Positions 29,286 to 40,423 are shown, counted from the first letter of the stretch. The stretch is DNA of 51,371 nucleotides from an uncultured Eubacteriales bacterium (GCA_905210545.1 CAJLXC010000001.1:1-51371); one strand, 5' to 3'. The notes: generated by a model not told the origin, from the letters alone. Made by a program: numbers and translations.

Positions 29286-31097
29286 TTATTTGTCGTTATC
29301 CGTTTTAAGAATTTCGATAAACGCTTCCGACGGAATTTCAACCGATCCGATAGAACGCATCTTCTTTTTGCCCTCTTTCTGTTTTTCGAGAAGCTTTTTC
29401 TTTCTCGTGACGTCGCCGCCGTAGCACTTGGCGAGAACGTCTTTTCTATAAGCCTTGACCGTTTCTCTCGCGATTATCTTTCCGCCGACTGCCGCCTGAA
29501 TAGGTATTTCGAACATCTGGCGCGGAATAACGTCTTTAAGGCGTTCCGCAATCTGCCGACCGCGCTCGTAAGCCTTGTCTTTATGCACTATTATAGAGAG
29601 CGCGTCGCACACGTCGCCGTTTAAAAGCATATCGAGCTTTACGAGATCGCTTTTTTCGTAGCCCGCTATTTCGTAATCGAGAGAAGCGTAGCCCTTGGTT
29701 CTCGATTTAAGCTGGTCGAAAAAGTCGTATATGATTTCGTTAAGCGGCAGAGTGTATTTGAGCTGAACGCGCCTTTTATCGAGATATACCATATCCTTAT
29801 AAACGCCGCGCTTGAATTGACACAATTCCATAATGGGTCCCACGAATTCCGGCGGGGTGAATATCTGCGCGTTTATTATAGGCTCTTCCATATACGCTAT
29901 TTCGGTAACGGGCGGCAGGTGCGTGGGGTTTTCCACGACAAGCATAGTCCCGTCCGTCTTGTACACCTTATACGAAACGGAAGGCGCGGTGGTTATGATT
30001 TCGAGATTGAATTCGCGTTCTATTCTTTCCTGAATAACGTCCATATGCAGCAATCCCAAAAACCCGCATCTGAATCCGAAGCCGAGCGCAACGGAATTAT
30101 CCGGTTCTATCGATAAAGCCGCGTCGTTGAGCTTTAGTTTTAAAAGCGCGTCTTTAAGGTCGTTATATTTGCTGCCGTCAAGCGGGAACACGCCCGAAAA
30201 CACCATAGGAAGCGCTTTTTTATAGCCGGGCAGCGGCTCTTTCGCGGGGTTTTCCGCATCGGTTATCGTGTCTCCGACTTCGGTATCTTCTATACTCTTT
30301 ACGCTTGCGGCTATATAACCGACCTCCCCTGCGGAAAGCTCCGCCGTCGGCAGCATTTTAGGCGAAAACACGCCCACTTCCGTCACCGTAAACGTCTTGC
30401 CGGACATAAAGGTCTTGATTTTAGAGCCTACTTTAACGCAACCGTCTTTAACCCTGACGAAACAAATAACGCCCTTAAAATTATCGTAAAAACTGTCGAA
30501 TATGAGAGCTTTAAGCGGCGCGTTCGGATCGCCGTCCGGCGCGGGAATCTTCTTTACTATTTCCTCGAGAACCCGATCGACGTTAAGCCCCGATTTGGCG
30601 GAAATACGCGGCGCGTCCGACGCGTCTATTCCGAGAATTGTTTCTATCTCTTCCGCAGCGCCCTCGGGATCGGCGGAAGCCAGATCCATTTTATTGATAA
30701 CGGGCATAATTTCGAGATCGTTGTCTATTGCGAGATACGCGTTTGCAAGCGTTTGCGCCTGCACGCCCTGCGTCGCGTCCACGATTAAAATCGCACCCTC
30801 GCACGCTTTTAAAGAACGCGATACTTCGTAAGTGAAGTCCACGTGCCCCGGCGTATCGATAAGGTTAAAAACGTATTCTTCGCCGTCTTTCGCTTTATAA
30901 AACATTCTCACGGGCGTAAGCTTTATGGTAATGCCGCGTTCGCGCTCTAAATCCATAGAGTCCAAAAGCTGTTCTTCCATATCGCGCTCCGAAACCTGCC
31001 CCGTCATTTCCATAAGTCTGTCCGCGAGCGTGCTTTTGCCGTGATCGATATGCGCCACTATACAAAAATTTCTTATTTTTTTCTGATCTATAGACAT
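29286..31097 (-). CDS. lepA: Translation elongation factor 4 (LepA)
   Basis: Trimmed to the Met giving [28 protein letters not shown] (about 603 aa). LepA-specific C-terminal domain present. Confidence 0.95.
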   Translation of the reverse strand: MSIDQKKIRNFCIVAHIDHGKSTLADRLMEMTGQVSERDMEEQLLDSMDLERERGITIKLTPVRMFYKAKDGEEYVFNLIDTPGHVDFTYEVSRSLKACEGAILIVDATQGVQAQTLANAYLAIDNDLEIMPVINKMDLASADPEGAAEEIETILGIDASDAPRISAKSGLNVDRVLEEIVKKIPAPDGDPNAPLKALIFDSFYDNFKGVICFVRVKDGCVKVGSKIKTFMSGKTFTVTEVGVFSPKMLPTAELSAGEVGYIAASVKSIEDTEVGDTITDAENPAKEPLPGYKKALPMVFSGVFPLDGSKYNDLKDALLKLKLNDAALSIEPDNSVALGFGFRCGFLGLLHMDVIQERIEREFNLEIITTAPSVSYKVYKTDGTMLVVENPTHLPPVTEIAYMEEPIINAQIFTPPEFVGPIMELCQFKRGVYKDMVYLDKRRVQLKYTLPLNEIIYDFFDQLKSRTKGYASLDYEIAGYEKSDLVKLDMLLNGDVCDALSIIVHKDKAYERGRQIAERLKDVIPRQMFEIPIQAAVGGKIIARETVKAYRKDVLAKCYGGDVTRKKKLLEKQKEGKKKMRSIGSVEIPSEAFIEILKTDNDK

Positions 31098-31223
31098 ATA
31101 TTTACCCGTTTTGTGATACAATGAATAAAAAAGAACGACAACGCCGCGCTTTTTTATAGCGTTTACCATACAAGTATACATTATCGGCGTTATTTTTGCA
31201 AGTAAATTAAAATCGGAGTTGAC

Positions 31224-31949
31224 ATGAGAATAACCAAAGACAGTTTTTTATTGAATAAACCCATAGCGCACCGCGGACTTTGGGGCAACGGCGTTACCGA
31301 AAACTCTTTATCCGCCTATCTGAAAGCCGCCGAACGCGGCTATCCGATAGAAATAGACCTGTACCTTTCAAAAGACGGCGAACTGTTCTCTTTTCACGAC
31401 AAAACCCTGCTAAGAATGACGGGAGAAAAGGGCTTTATTTACGACAAAACCGCCGCCGAACTGAAAAAATTAAGACTTAAAGGAACGGACGAAACCATTC
31501 CGACCTTCGACGAGGTTTTAAGAATAACCGAAGGCAAAATCCCCCTGCTCGTCGAAATAAAAAATCAACCCGATAAAACGGTAGTCGATAAAACCGTGGC
31601 GAGGCTTAAAAGCTATCGCGGCGAATTTGCGGTTCAGAGCTTTAACCCGTTTTATATCGCCCGCGTAAAAAAACTCGCGCCCGAATTTATCCGCGGAATT
31701 CTCGCCACCGACGACGAAAACGACCTTAAAAAAGAAAACCCCGTTACGCGGTTCGTCATAAAAAACATGCCGCTCAACGGATTTATTAAGCCCGATTTTA
31801 TCAGCTATCATTATTCGGGCGTGCCGCTCCCCCGAAAAAAGACCAAAGACAAAGCCGTGCTTTGCTGGACGGTTACTTCGCAAAAAATCTACGACGGGAT
31901 AAAACCTTTTTGCGACAATATTATTTTTGAAGAATTTATTCCCGAATAA
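31224..31949 (+). CDS. Glycerophosphodiester phosphodiesterase family protein
   Basis: 241 aa with the GDPD motifs AHRG...ENS and [17 protein letters not shown]. Confidence 0.88.
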   Translation: MRITKDSFLLNKPIAHRGLWGNGVTENSLSAYLKAAERGYPIEIDLYLSKDGELFSFHDKTLLRMTGEKGFIYDKTAAELKKLRLKGTDETIPTFDEVLRITEGKIPLLVEIKNQPDKTVVDKTVARLKSYRGEFAVQSFNPFYIARVKKLAPEFIRGILATDDENDLKKENPVTRFVIKNMPLNGFIKPDFISYHYSGVPLPRKKTKDKAVLCWTVTSQKIYDGIKPFCDNIIFEEFIPE

Positions 31950-31990
31950 TAAATAATTATCGAAATTGAAAAGGAAACAAGGAAACGCCG

Positions 31991-33400
31991 CTAAACAGCG
32001 GCGCTTCCTTTATTTTCTTCTTTTATTTCTCCGTCCGCGGCGGGAGCTCCCGCCGTGAAGTTTCCGGTAACTTTTTTATAAGCGTAAATAAAGTATATTA
32101 TTTCCGCTATCGCGGTTATCGTCCAGGAACAGCTGTACAAAAGATATATAGAAGTTATCGTCCTGAATTTTGCGAAAATCGTGAGAATCCAGACCACCCT
32201 GAAAACGCACGAACCCATTATAACTATAATCGTGGAAACGACGGTTTTACCTAATCCTCGCGACGCGGATATCGTAGTATCCATAAACGCCGAGATGCAA
32301 TAAGAAAAGCCCATTATTTTAAGCCTTGCCATACCTTCCTGCATAACGGCGGGGTCGTCCGTGAATATGGATAAAAACCCTTTGCCGAAAAGAACAAGTC
32401 CGCCGCCTAAAACCGCGCCGACCGCAAACGAGTAAATCGTGCATATGAGATAGCTGCGGAGAATTCTTTTCTTGTTTCCCGCGCCGAAATTCTGACCGAT
32501 AAAGCTCGAACAGGCTATGTAGAACGCGTCCATCAACTGGTAAACGAGCGCGTCCGAGTTAGTCGCCGCGGAATTGCCTTCTACCACGACCGACGGGAAA
32601 GTGTTTACCGCCGACTGAATAAACAGGTTGGCTATATTGAAGATAGAATTCTGAAAGCTTGCGGGAAGCCCCAGCGCAAGCATTGTTTTCGCCTTGTCGC
32701 CGTGAATTTTAAGCGCGCCGAAGGATAGCTTGCAATCGCCGTTTTCGCGGAACAACGCCGCTATTACGAGTATCGCGGACACGTATTGCGAGATGATACT
32801 CGCGAGAGCCACTCCCGCAACGTCCATTTTAAAAACGATTACGAAAAACAGGTTAAGCCCCACGTTAAGAACGCCCGCTATAAAAAGATACAACAGCGGT
32901 TTTTTGGTATTGCCTATTGCGCTGAAAGTTCCGTTTCCGAAATTGTAGAGCGCGACCGCGGGCATACCGAGCATATAAATCTTAAGGTACGTATTCGCGC
33001 CGCCGATGAGGTCGGCTTTCGTGCCGAGAAGTCTTAAAAAAGCGTTTGCGGTAAAAAATCCCGCCACAGCGAGCAGAATACCTATAAAAAGACTTATTAA
33101 AGCGGAAGTATGCACCGATTCTTTAAGGTTCTTTTTATCCCCCGCGCCGAAAAACTTTGCAACGATAACGTTTACGCCGCTGCCTATACCGATGAGTATT
33201 CCCGTGTAGAGATTTACGAGAATAGTGGTAGATCCGACCGCGCCGATCGCCTTTGATCCCGATTCCGAAAACCGCCCCACTACGGCTATGTCGGACATAT
33301 TAAACAAAACCTGTAACAGGTTAGACGCCATAAGCGGTATTCCGAAAAGCAAAATCTGCTTCCAGAGATTACCGCTCGTCAATTTCTTTTCTATTACCAT
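31991..33400 (-). CDS. MATE-family efflux transporter
   Basis: 12-TM pattern with the N-terminus LTSGNLWKQILLFGIPLMASNLLQVLFNMSDIAVVGRF. The start is either ATG 33400 or TTG 33421. Confidence 0.88.
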   Translation of the reverse strand: MVIEKKLTSGNLWKQILLFGIPLMASNLLQVLFNMSDIAVVGRFSESGSKAIGAVGSTTILVNLYTGILIGIGSGVNVIVAKFFGAGDKKNLKESVHTSALISLFIGILLAVAGFFTANAFLRLLGTKADLIGGANTYLKIYMLGMPAVALYNFGNGTFSAIGNTKKPLLYLFIAGVLNVGLNLFFVIVFKMDVAGVALASIISQYVSAILVIAALFRENGDCKLSFGALKIHGDKAKTMLALGLPASFQNSIFNIANLFIQSAVNTFPSVVVEGNSAATNSDALVYQLMDAFYIACSSFIGQNFGAGNKKRILRSYLICTIYSFAVGAVLGGGLVLFGKGFLSIFTDDPAVMQEGMARLKIMGFSYCISAFMDTTISASRGLGKTVVSTIIVIMGSCVFRVVWILTIFAKFRTITSIYLLYSCSWTITAIAEIIYFIYAYKKVTGNFTAGAPAADGEIKEENKGSAAV

Positions 33401-33460
33401 AACGCCTATTATTAAAACCAAAACGTTTTGTTAAGATCGGCGGGATTGTATCTACGGAAT

Positions 33461-35752
33461 TTATCTGCCGAACTTTTTATACAACGCTTTCAGCAACTCT
33501 TCTTTGGACTGCGGCTCGCGGTTTTCTCTTTTTCTTTCCGCGTTGCGCCTGCCCTCTTTTCTTTCTCTGTCGGTTTTCTGATTGCCGACCGCAAGACCGT
33601 GCGGCATTTCCGAAGTTTTAAGCGAAAGAGAAATTTTCTTTTTTACCTCGTCAACGCCCAGAACCTTTACTTTTACCGTATCTCCGACTTTAAGCGCGTC
33701 GGACGGGTGTTTGATATAGTTATCGGAAATCTGCGAAATATGCACGAGTCCGTCCTGATGAACGCCTATATCCACGAACACGCCGAAATCGATGACGTTC
33801 CTTACCGTGCCGGTAAGTTCCATTCCCTCTTTCAGGTCGGAAAGGCTCATAAGGTCGCTTCTTAAAACGGGCTTGGGGAGAGTATCTCTTATATCTCTGC
33901 CGGGTTTTAAAAGCTCGTCCGCAATATCGCGGAGAGTCGGCACGCCTATCTTACAATCTTTGGCGACGTTGTCCCAGCCGAATTTTTCTATTCTCGCTTT
34001 AAGGTCTCCGATATTGCCTTTTTCTACGTCTTCTAAAGAATAACCCGTTTCTCTGAGCAAAATTTCTACCGCTTCGTAATCTTCCGGATGTACCGCGGTG
34101 TTATCGAGAACGGACGCGCCTCCGATTATCCGCAAAAATCCCGCGCACTGTTCGTAAGCCTTTGCTCCGAGCTTTTTGACTTTTAACAGTTCGTCGCGCT
34201 TTTTAAAGGGCTGTTCTTTTCTGTATTCCAGAATGTTTTTCGCTATTCCGCTGTTTAAGCCCGCAACGTAAGACAGCAGGCTTGCGGAAGCGGTGTTAAG
34301 ATCCACGCCGACCGAGTTCACGCAGTCTTCCACTACGCCGCCGAGGACTTCTTCTAATCTCGCTTCAGGCATATCGTGCTGATATTGCCCTACGCCTATG
34401 GACTTAACGTCTATTTTGATAAGCTCGGCAAGCGGGTCTTGCAATCTTCTCGCGATAGACACCGCCGAGCGTTGCGTTACGTCGAAATCGGGGAACTCTT
34501 CCGCGCCGAGCTTTGACGCGCTGTAAACGGACGCGCCCGCCTCGTTTACTACCGCATAAGCCACCGGGCGTTCGCACTTTTTAATGAGATTCGCAACGAA
34601 AATTTCGCTCTCCTTGCTCGCCGTGCCGTTGCCTATCGAAATCACGTCTACCTTGTATTTGTTTATAAGAGCGATAAGCTTGGTTTCGGCTTCTTCTATC
34701 TTGTTCTGCGGCGGCGTGGGATAAATAACCGTGGTTGCAAGCACGTTGCCCTCTGCGTCTATCACCGCGATTTTGCAACCCGTTCTGTAAGCGGGATCGA
34801 GTCCTAATATCGTCTTGCCTTTAAGCGGCGGCTGCAACAAAAGCGGGCGAAGGTTTACGTCGAACATCTTTATCGCCTGTTCGTCTGCCTTTTCGGTAAG
34901 ATCGTTTCTCACTTCCCTTTCTACCGACGGGAATATAAGGCGGGAATACGCGTCCGCGCAAGCCGCCGCAACGATTTTGCCGCATTCTCCGTCGTTTTTA
35001 ACGTATACCGAACAGATCGCCGCAACGAACGCCTCGTCGTCTACGGTTATCGATACTTTAAGGCATTCTTCTTTCTCTCCGCGATTGACCGCGAGAATTC
35101 TGTGCGACGGAATCTTGCTGATTTTTTCGGTATAATCCGCGTACATATCGTAGGTTTTCGCGTTTTCGTTTTCTAAAAGCTTGCAGGCTATTTCGCCCGT
35201 TTCCGCAATCTTTTTACGCAGAGTTTTTCTTAGTTCCGCGTCGTCCGAAACCTTTTCCGCGATAATGTCGGCTGCGCCTTTTAAAGCCTGCTCGGCGTTT
35301 TCCACGCCCTTTTCCGCGTTTACGTATTTCTCCGCTTCCGCTTTCGGATCGGAATCTTTGTCCTGCGCGAGAATAAATTCCGCAAGCGGCAGAAGCCCTT
35401 TTTCGACCGCGACCGAAGCGCGGGTTTTTCTCTTTTGTTTATATGGGCGGTAAACGTCTTCTACTTCCGTCATCGTTTCGGCTTTGGCGAGCGAAATCGC
35501 AATTTCGTCCGTCATTTTGCCCTGTTCGGTTATGCTGTCCGCAACTTCTTGTTTTCTTTTGTCAAGGTTGCGGAGATATTTCAATCTGTCCGAAAATTCG
35601 CGCAGAACCTGATCGTCGCACGAGCCGGTCATTTCTTTTCTGTACCGCGCGATGAACGGAATGGTGTTGCCGTCGTCTATAAGCGCGATTATGTTGGCGG
35701 AATGATCCGCGCGGATATTGAATTCGTTTGCAAGTTTAGCTGAATAATCCAT
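33461..35752 (-). CDS. tex: Tex-like transcription accessory protein with S1 RNA-binding domain
   Basis: 763 aa with the Tex N-terminus (IALIDDGNTIPFIARYRKEMTG), YqgF/HhH regions, a C-terminal S1 domain and a basic tail. Confidence 0.93.
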   Translation of the reverse strand: MDYSAKLANEFNIRADHSANIIALIDDGNTIPFIARYRKEMTGSCDDQVLREFSDRLKYLRNLDKRKQEVADSITEQGKMTDEIAISLAKAETMTEVEDVYRPYKQKRKTRASVAVEKGLLPLAEFILAQDKDSDPKAEAEKYVNAEKGVENAEQALKGAADIIAEKVSDDAELRKTLRKKIAETGEIACKLLENENAKTYDMYADYTEKISKIPSHRILAVNRGEKEECLKVSITVDDEAFVAAICSVYVKNDGECGKIVAAACADAYSRLIFPSVEREVRNDLTEKADEQAIKMFDVNLRPLLLQPPLKGKTILGLDPAYRTGCKIAVIDAEGNVLATTVIYPTPPQNKIEEAETKLIALINKYKVDVISIGNGTASKESEIFVANLIKKCERPVAYAVVNEAGASVYSASKLGAEEFPDFDVTQRSAVSIARRLQDPLAELIKIDVKSIGVGQYQHDMPEARLEEVLGGVVEDCVNSVGVDLNTASASLLSYVAGLNSGIAKNILEYRKEQPFKKRDELLKVKKLGAKAYEQCAGFLRIIGGASVLDNTAVHPEDYEAVEILLRETGYSLEDVEKGNIGDLKARIEKFGWDNVAKDCKIGVPTLRDIADELLKPGRDIRDTLPKPVLRSDLMSLSDLKEGMELTGTVRNVIDFGVFVDIGVHQDGLVHISQISDNYIKHPSDALKVGDTVKVKVLGVDEVKKKISLSLKTSEMPHGLAVGNQKTDRERKEGRRNAERKRENREPQSKEELLKALYKKFGR

Positions 35753-35755
35753 AAT

Positions 35756-37063
35756 TTAATTTTTCTTACCCTTTCTTTTTCTTATTTCTTTCACCGTTTT
35801 TTCGTAGCCGTGATCGCTCGGAACGTAATATATCTTATCTTTAAGCGAATCCGGCAGATACTGCTGTTCGCAATAACCGCCGTAATCGTGCGGATATTTA
35901 TATTGCCGAGCCATAGCTTTATCTTCTTTGCTGCCGTATACGGCGTTTTTAACCCACGGCGGCACGTTGTCGTCTTTAACGTTTTTCGCGTCTTCTGCGG
36001 CGGCGTCCATTGCCATTACGACCGAGTTGGATTTTTCCGCTTCGCAGACGTAAATTATAGCTTCCGATAACGGGAGAAGCCCCTCGGGAACGCCCATTCG
36101 CTCTACCGCGAGATATGCGTTGGTCGCCATTATCATAGCCTGCGGGTCTGCCATACCCACGTCCTCCGAGGAGTGCGCTATCGTTCTTCTCGCGATAAGC
36201 AGCGGGTCGCACCCGCCCTGAATAAGCCTTTGCATATAATACAGCGCGGCGTTTGCGTCGGAACCTCTTAAGCTTTTGCAGAACGCCGACAGCATATCGT
36301 AATACATCTGCTCGTCAAACGAAAGAGCTTTGCGCTGAATACTCTCTTCCGCGTCTTTAAGCGTTATCCTTACGCTGCCGTCCTTTTGCGGCGGCGTGGT
36401 CAGCGCGGCAAGCTCCAAAGCGTTGTAAGCGACGCGTAAATCGCCCGCGGAAATACGCGCGATATGTCCGATCGCGTCGTCGTCGGCGGTTACGTTCATA
36501 TTGCCGAGTCCGCGTTCCTTATCCGTCACGGCGTTTTTAAGCGCGCGTATTATGTTCTCTTCCGAAAGTCTTTTCAGCTCGAACACCCTGCACCTCGAAA
36601 CTATGGCGGGAGTCATCGCCGCGTAAGGATTTTCCGTCGTAGAACCGATAAAAATCACGTCGCCCGCCTCTATAGAAGGCAACAGACTGTCGCTTTGCGT
36701 TTTGCTGAAACGGTGACATTCGTCTAACAATAAATACGTCTTTTTGCCGTACATTTTAGCGTTTGCGCGGGCTTCTTCCACCACCCTTTTAACGTCCGCA
36801 ACGCCTGCGGAAACGGCGTTGAGCTTAACGAAATTGCCGTCCGTGTTGTTTGCGATAACGTTGGCAAGCGTGGTTTTGCCGCAGCCCGGCGGACCCCAGA
36901 AAATACAACTCCCCAGTCTGTCCATTTTTATGGCGCGCCGCAAAAGTCCCGTTTCCGAAACGATATGCTCTTGTCCTAAAAATTCCGAAAGCGTTCTCGC
37001 TCTCATTCTTTCGGCAAGCGGAACGGTTTTTTTGTTCTCGTTTGCCAGATCAAATAAATCCAT
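35756..37063 (-). CDS. rarA: Replication-associated recombination protein A (MgsA/RarA AAA+ ATPase)
   Basis: 435 aa with Walker A GPPGCGKTT, Walker B LLLDECHRF and the MgsA C-terminal domain (YKYPHDY). Confidence 0.95.
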   Translation of the reverse strand: MDLFDLANENKKTVPLAERMRARTLSEFLGQEHIVSETGLLRRAIKMDRLGSCIFWGPPGCGKTTLANVIANNTDGNFVKLNAVSAGVADVKRVVEEARANAKMYGKKTYLLLDECHRFSKTQSDSLLPSIEAGDVIFIGSTTENPYAAMTPAIVSRCRVFELKRLSEENIIRALKNAVTDKERGLGNMNVTADDDAIGHIARISAGDLRVAYNALELAALTTPPQKDGSVRITLKDAEESIQRKALSFDEQMYYDMLSAFCKSLRGSDANAALYYMQRLIQGGCDPLLIARRTIAHSSEDVGMADPQAMIMATNAYLAVERMGVPEGLLPLSEAIIYVCEAEKSNSVVMAMDAAAEDAKNVKDDNVPPWVKNAVYGSKEDKAMARQYKYPHDYGGYCEQQYLPDSLKDKIYYVPSDHGYEKTVKEIRKRKGKKN

Positions 37064-37242
37064 ATTTGTTATTTTAACATATCCGTTGCTTTTTTACAAG
37101 CGGTAACGCAAAGTAGACGAAGTAAATTTTTATCGTTTCCTCAATTATTCCCGACGTTTAAAAATAAAATTTTCCGCCCGGGCGACGCACGGTTTAAGTC
37201 AGGCGGCTCATATCGCAAAAAAAAACGAAATATACTGTAACT

Positions 37243-38232
37243 ATGATAAAAAATTATTCGGCAAAAAAACGTATCTCCGCAAACGAGATCGTTATATTTT
37301 CTCTTTTGCTGTGCTTTGCGGGCGCGCTCGCCTTCGGCAAAGGCTATTCCTATGCGGTTACAAACGGAATAAAGCTGTGGGCGGCAACGCTTCTGCCCGC
37401 GCTGTTTCCTTACTTTTTTATAACCGCCGTTCTTTCGGGGCTTTCCGTCACGGGCAGGCTGTCGCAAAAATTATCGCCCGTCACACGGTCGCTTTTCAGA
37501 ACGAACGGAATAACGGGTTACGCATTTTTTATAAGCGCGCTGTCGGGCTATCCCGTCGGCGCGAAAACCGTTGCCGACCTGAAAACGCGCGGACTTATTT
37601 CCGGAACGGAAGCGGTAAGAGCTTGCTCGTTTTGTTCTTCCCCTTCGCCTATGTTTCTGATTGCAAGCGTGGGCGGATTGATGTTCCGCGACAGAGCTTT
37701 GGGCGCGTGCGTGTTCTTCTGTAATTTTCTCGCCGTGCTGACGACGGGCTTTTTGTTTTCTTTTTACAAACGAAAGGAACGCCCGTCCGATAATGCGGAG
37801 TCTTTTTCCGGCGCGAACGTTTCTCTTTACGAAGCGACGTATTCTTCGGTAATTTCTATTTTAGTCGTTGGCGGCATAATCGCCATTTTTACGGTTTTGT
37901 CGGAAATATTAAAGGACGCGGGCGCGTTTACGCCGATAGAAGCTTTTATAGGACTTTTCACCAAAAACGAAGCCGTAAAAAAAGGCGTGGCTTCCGGAAT
38001 ATTCGAGTGTACCGCGGGCTTAAAAGAGCTTTCTTTAAGCGGCGTGAATTTCTGCACGCTGCCCATAGTCGCGGGGATTTGCGGGTTTGGCGGTATATGC
38101 GTGATAATTCAGTCGGCGGCATACCTTAAATCGGCAAAAATAAAAATCGCCCCGTTTCTCGTTGCAAAACTGCTCGAAGCGATTTTAAGTTCTGTTTTCG
38201 GATTGATTTTATCCCTTGCGTTTTTCAAGTAA
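37243..38232 (+). CDS. ylbJ: Sporulation integral membrane protein YlbJ (nucleoside-recognition domain)
   Basis: 329 aa, polytopic. Convergent with coaD, as in the Bacillus ylbH-ylbI/ylbJ arrangement. Confidence 0.8.
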   Translation: MIKNYSAKKRISANEIVIFSLLLCFAGALAFGKGYSYAVTNGIKLWAATLLPALFPYFFITAVLSGLSVTGRLSQKLSPVTRSLFRTNGITGYAFFISALSGYPVGAKTVADLKTRGLISGTEAVRACSFCSSPSPMFLIASVGGLMFRDRALGACVFFCNFLAVLTTGFLFSFYKRKERPSDNAESFSGANVSLYEATYSSVISILVVGGIIAIFTVLSEILKDAGAFTPIEAFIGLFTKNEAVKKGVASGIFECTAGLKELSLSGVNFCTLPIVAGICGFGGICVIIQSAAYLKSAKIKIAPFLVAKLLEAILSSVFGLILSLAFFK

Positions 38233-38718
38233 CGCGCAGACCGCCGCGTAGGCTTTTTCAGACAGGATTTGCGAAAAATCCTCGCCGTTTTTTATTTTTT
38301 CCCGCGCGAGCGAAGAGCTTACGTCTGAAAATTCCGGATCGGGCGAAAAATACACGGTTTTTACGAACGGATAAAGCTCCGCGTTTTTTCGCGCGTACGC
38401 ATCTTCGTATTCCCTGTCTTTTTCGGAACGAATACCGCGGACGTAATCCGTAACGCCGTTCTCGCGCAAAAAATCCGCGTAATTTGCGGAATTCTCGGCA
38501 TAAGTCGTTATCCGCACGCGCGGCTCTCCGCCGAAAACGACGCCTAAAAGAGCCTTCCTTTCGTCAAGCGTAAAGAAAGGGTTCTTTTTCGGATTATCGC
38601 CCACAACGATAATCACGCCCGAATATTTTTCCAGGCATTTTTTTATTATGTTTTCGTGTCCTGTCGTCACGGGATCGAACGTTCCCGCAAAAACGCAGAC
38701 TTTTCTATTTTCATTCAT
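38209..38718 (-). CDS. coaD: Phosphopantetheine adenylyltransferase
   Basis: 169 aa with GTFDPVTTGHENII (T/HxGH motif). Confidence 0.93.
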   Translation of the reverse strand: MNENRKVCVFAGTFDPVTTGHENIIKKCLEKYSGVIIVVGDNPKKNPFFTLDERKALLGVVFGGEPRVRITTYAENSANYADFLRENGVTDYVRGIRSEKDREYEDAYARKNAELYPFVKTVYFSPDPEFSDVSSSLAREKIKNGEDFSQILSEKAYAAVCALLEKRKG

Positions 38719-39041
38719 TTTTTTGTCGCTATGCGCTTAACTTATCCCCGCTGTCGCGGGTGAGATTGCCGCGGCTTTTTACAAAAGCCGCTTCTCCGCT
38801 GACGCTACGAAGAAATAAGCCCGTCAGGGCAGTCCGTCAAAGGCGTCCGCAATGACGATATACGAAATACTCTCCCCTTAAAGAATAAGGGGGCAAGGGG
38901 GATATGAGGAGTTTTCAGGGTAACGGGGGCGCGGGGGAATAGGGACGGACTCGGAAAACAGTCCCTTTCCCCTGCAAAAACCTCCTTGCCGTGGGAATCT
39001 CTTTTATTATTCCGCCTGTCCCGACCGACAGACAAAGAATT
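38719..39041. repeat. Intergenic block of short palindromic/dispersed repeat modules between rsmD and coaD
   Basis: Contains GAGATTGCCGCGGCTTTTTACAAAAGCCGC, CGCAATGAC, the CCCCTTA..TAAGGGG hairpin and CGTGGGAATCTCTTTT. All recur at 39570-39788 and 41472-41790. Confidence 0.8.
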
Positions 39042-39569
39042 TTATTCTGCTCTGAAAAACGTCAGCCCCGCCCTGCCGTACTTGCGTTCGTCGGACACAT
39101 AAAGTCCTTTCGGGCATTCGACAAGAGGCTTTTCGTTTTCGTAAATTATTTCTCCGCCGTCTTTAAGAACACGAATTGCCTTTGCAACGGCCAGCTCGCC
39201 TGTTTTATCGGCGTAAGGCGCATCGATGAAGACGTAATCGAATTTTTCCGTAACCGTATCGAGCAACGTCAACGCGTCGGACGTTTTAACTTCTACGTCG
39301 GCGATACCGAGCTTCTCAAGGTTGGCTTTGGCAAGCTTAACGCTTTCCCGGGAAACGTCGTTTAAAACGACTTTTCCCGCGCCTCTGGAATACGCTTCTA
39401 TTCCGACCGCACCCGTACCGCAAAACAAATCCAGAAACGATTTGCCGTAAATTCTGAACTGCAAAATATTAAAAAGGCTTTCTCTCGTCTGGTCGGAAGT
39501 CGGGCGAATATCTCTGCCTTTAAATTCCGCAAGCCTTCTGCCTTTATATTTTCCGCCGACTATTCTCAT
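39042..39569 (-). CDS. rsmD: 16S rRNA (guanine966-N2)-methyltransferase RsmD
   Basis: 175 aa with MRIVGGKYKGRRL, RPTSDQTRESLFN, the SAM motif DLFCGTGAVGIEA and DAPY. Confidence 0.93.
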   Translation of the reverse strand: MRIVGGKYKGRRLAEFKGRDIRPTSDQTRESLFNILQFRIYGKSFLDLFCGTGAVGIEAYSRGAGKVVLNDVSRESVKLAKANLEKLGIADVEVKTSDALTLLDTVTEKFDYVFIDAPYADKTGELAVAKAIRVLKDGGEIIYENEKPLVECPKGLYVSDERKYGRAGLTFFRAE

Positions 39570-39788
39570 ATAACCTCTATTCTTTGTTTAATACGTCTTT
39601 ATCTCACCGTCATTCCGGGAGTAGACGCAACCGCTACACCCCAATATTGTCATTTCGAGGAAAGACGCGCAGCGGCTTGACGTGGGAATCTCTTTTCAAT
39701 AATGCAATCACAAAATGAGATTGCCACGCTTCGCTCGCAATGACGGAATGCAAGCCGTTAAAAGCTTCCGCAATGACAAAAACGGTAA
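39570..39788. repeat. Intergenic block of the same repeat family (GTCATTCC-type ~40-nt units, GAGATTGCCACG, CGCAATGAC)
   Basis: 39607-39700 is an inverted homologue of 41621-41745. The words GGGAATCTCTTTT, GAGATTGCCACG and CGCAATGAC (x2) are shared. Confidence 0.8.
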
Positions 39789-40379
39789 TTACTTTCCGTA
39801 AATCTGCGCTTGTTTTTCTCTTATTCGCCTTTGCTGAATTATAATCTTTCTCGCGCCGAGATTATAAAAGACGCCGGATAAAAGGATTAACAAAGGAACA
39901 GCCGCAAGCGCGTAAAAATAATCAGCCATTGCCAACGTTTTGCCGGACAAACTAAAAAAAACGAAAACCACGAAATAAATGAACCCGCCTATCACGCCGA
40001 AAGTTCTTGTTGTTCCGCCGGCGAGCATAATAATCGAATGCACGAGCAGGCAAAAAATCAGCGGTATACAAGCGATAAAGCCGATAAAATAACCCTTCCA
40101 GGGCTTGTACTCTTCTTTAAGCTTAAGCGGTCTGACCGTTCCCGTTCTAACCATTTCGCGGCGTTCCAGATCGTTGGCGTGCCTTATCTTAACGGCTTCT
40201 TGTCCTTCTTTATAAAAAACGCCGGCGACGATAAAGCAATAAAGACCGAGATTAAGAATGCTCAATAAAATTTTAAGCCACAACAGACTTTCTTTAATGC
40301 AAAGAATTCCGAAAGCGGTTACCGCCATAAAAAACAAATACACAAACGGAAAAACCGCTTTTTTAATATAAAACCACAT
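39789..40379 (-). CDS. Hypothetical polytopic membrane protein
   Basis: 196 aa with about 5 TM helices and a basic C-terminal tail. No family recognised. Confidence 0.6.
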   Translation of the reverse strand: MWFYIKKAVFPFVYLFFMAVTAFGILCIKESLLWLKILLSILNLGLYCFIVAGVFYKEGQEAVKIRHANDLERREMVRTGTVRPLKLKEEYKPWKGYFIGFIACIPLIFCLLVHSIIMLAGGTTRTFGVIGGFIYFVVFVFFSLSGKTLAMADYFYALAAVPLLILLSGVFYNLGARKIIIQQRRIREKQAQIYGK

Positions 40380-40423
40380 ATTTTCTCCTGTGAACCGAAC
40401 GCAAAATCATATTGCGAAACCGT

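Noticed and set aside
37064-37242. A possible sigma-E type promoter (TCATATC ... ATATACT) upstream of ylbJ, and a Spo0A-box-like ATCGACA upstream of spoIIGA (about 27440).
   Set aside because: The matches are partial and the spacing is uncertain. I cannot support them beyond a resemblance, so they are not listed as features.
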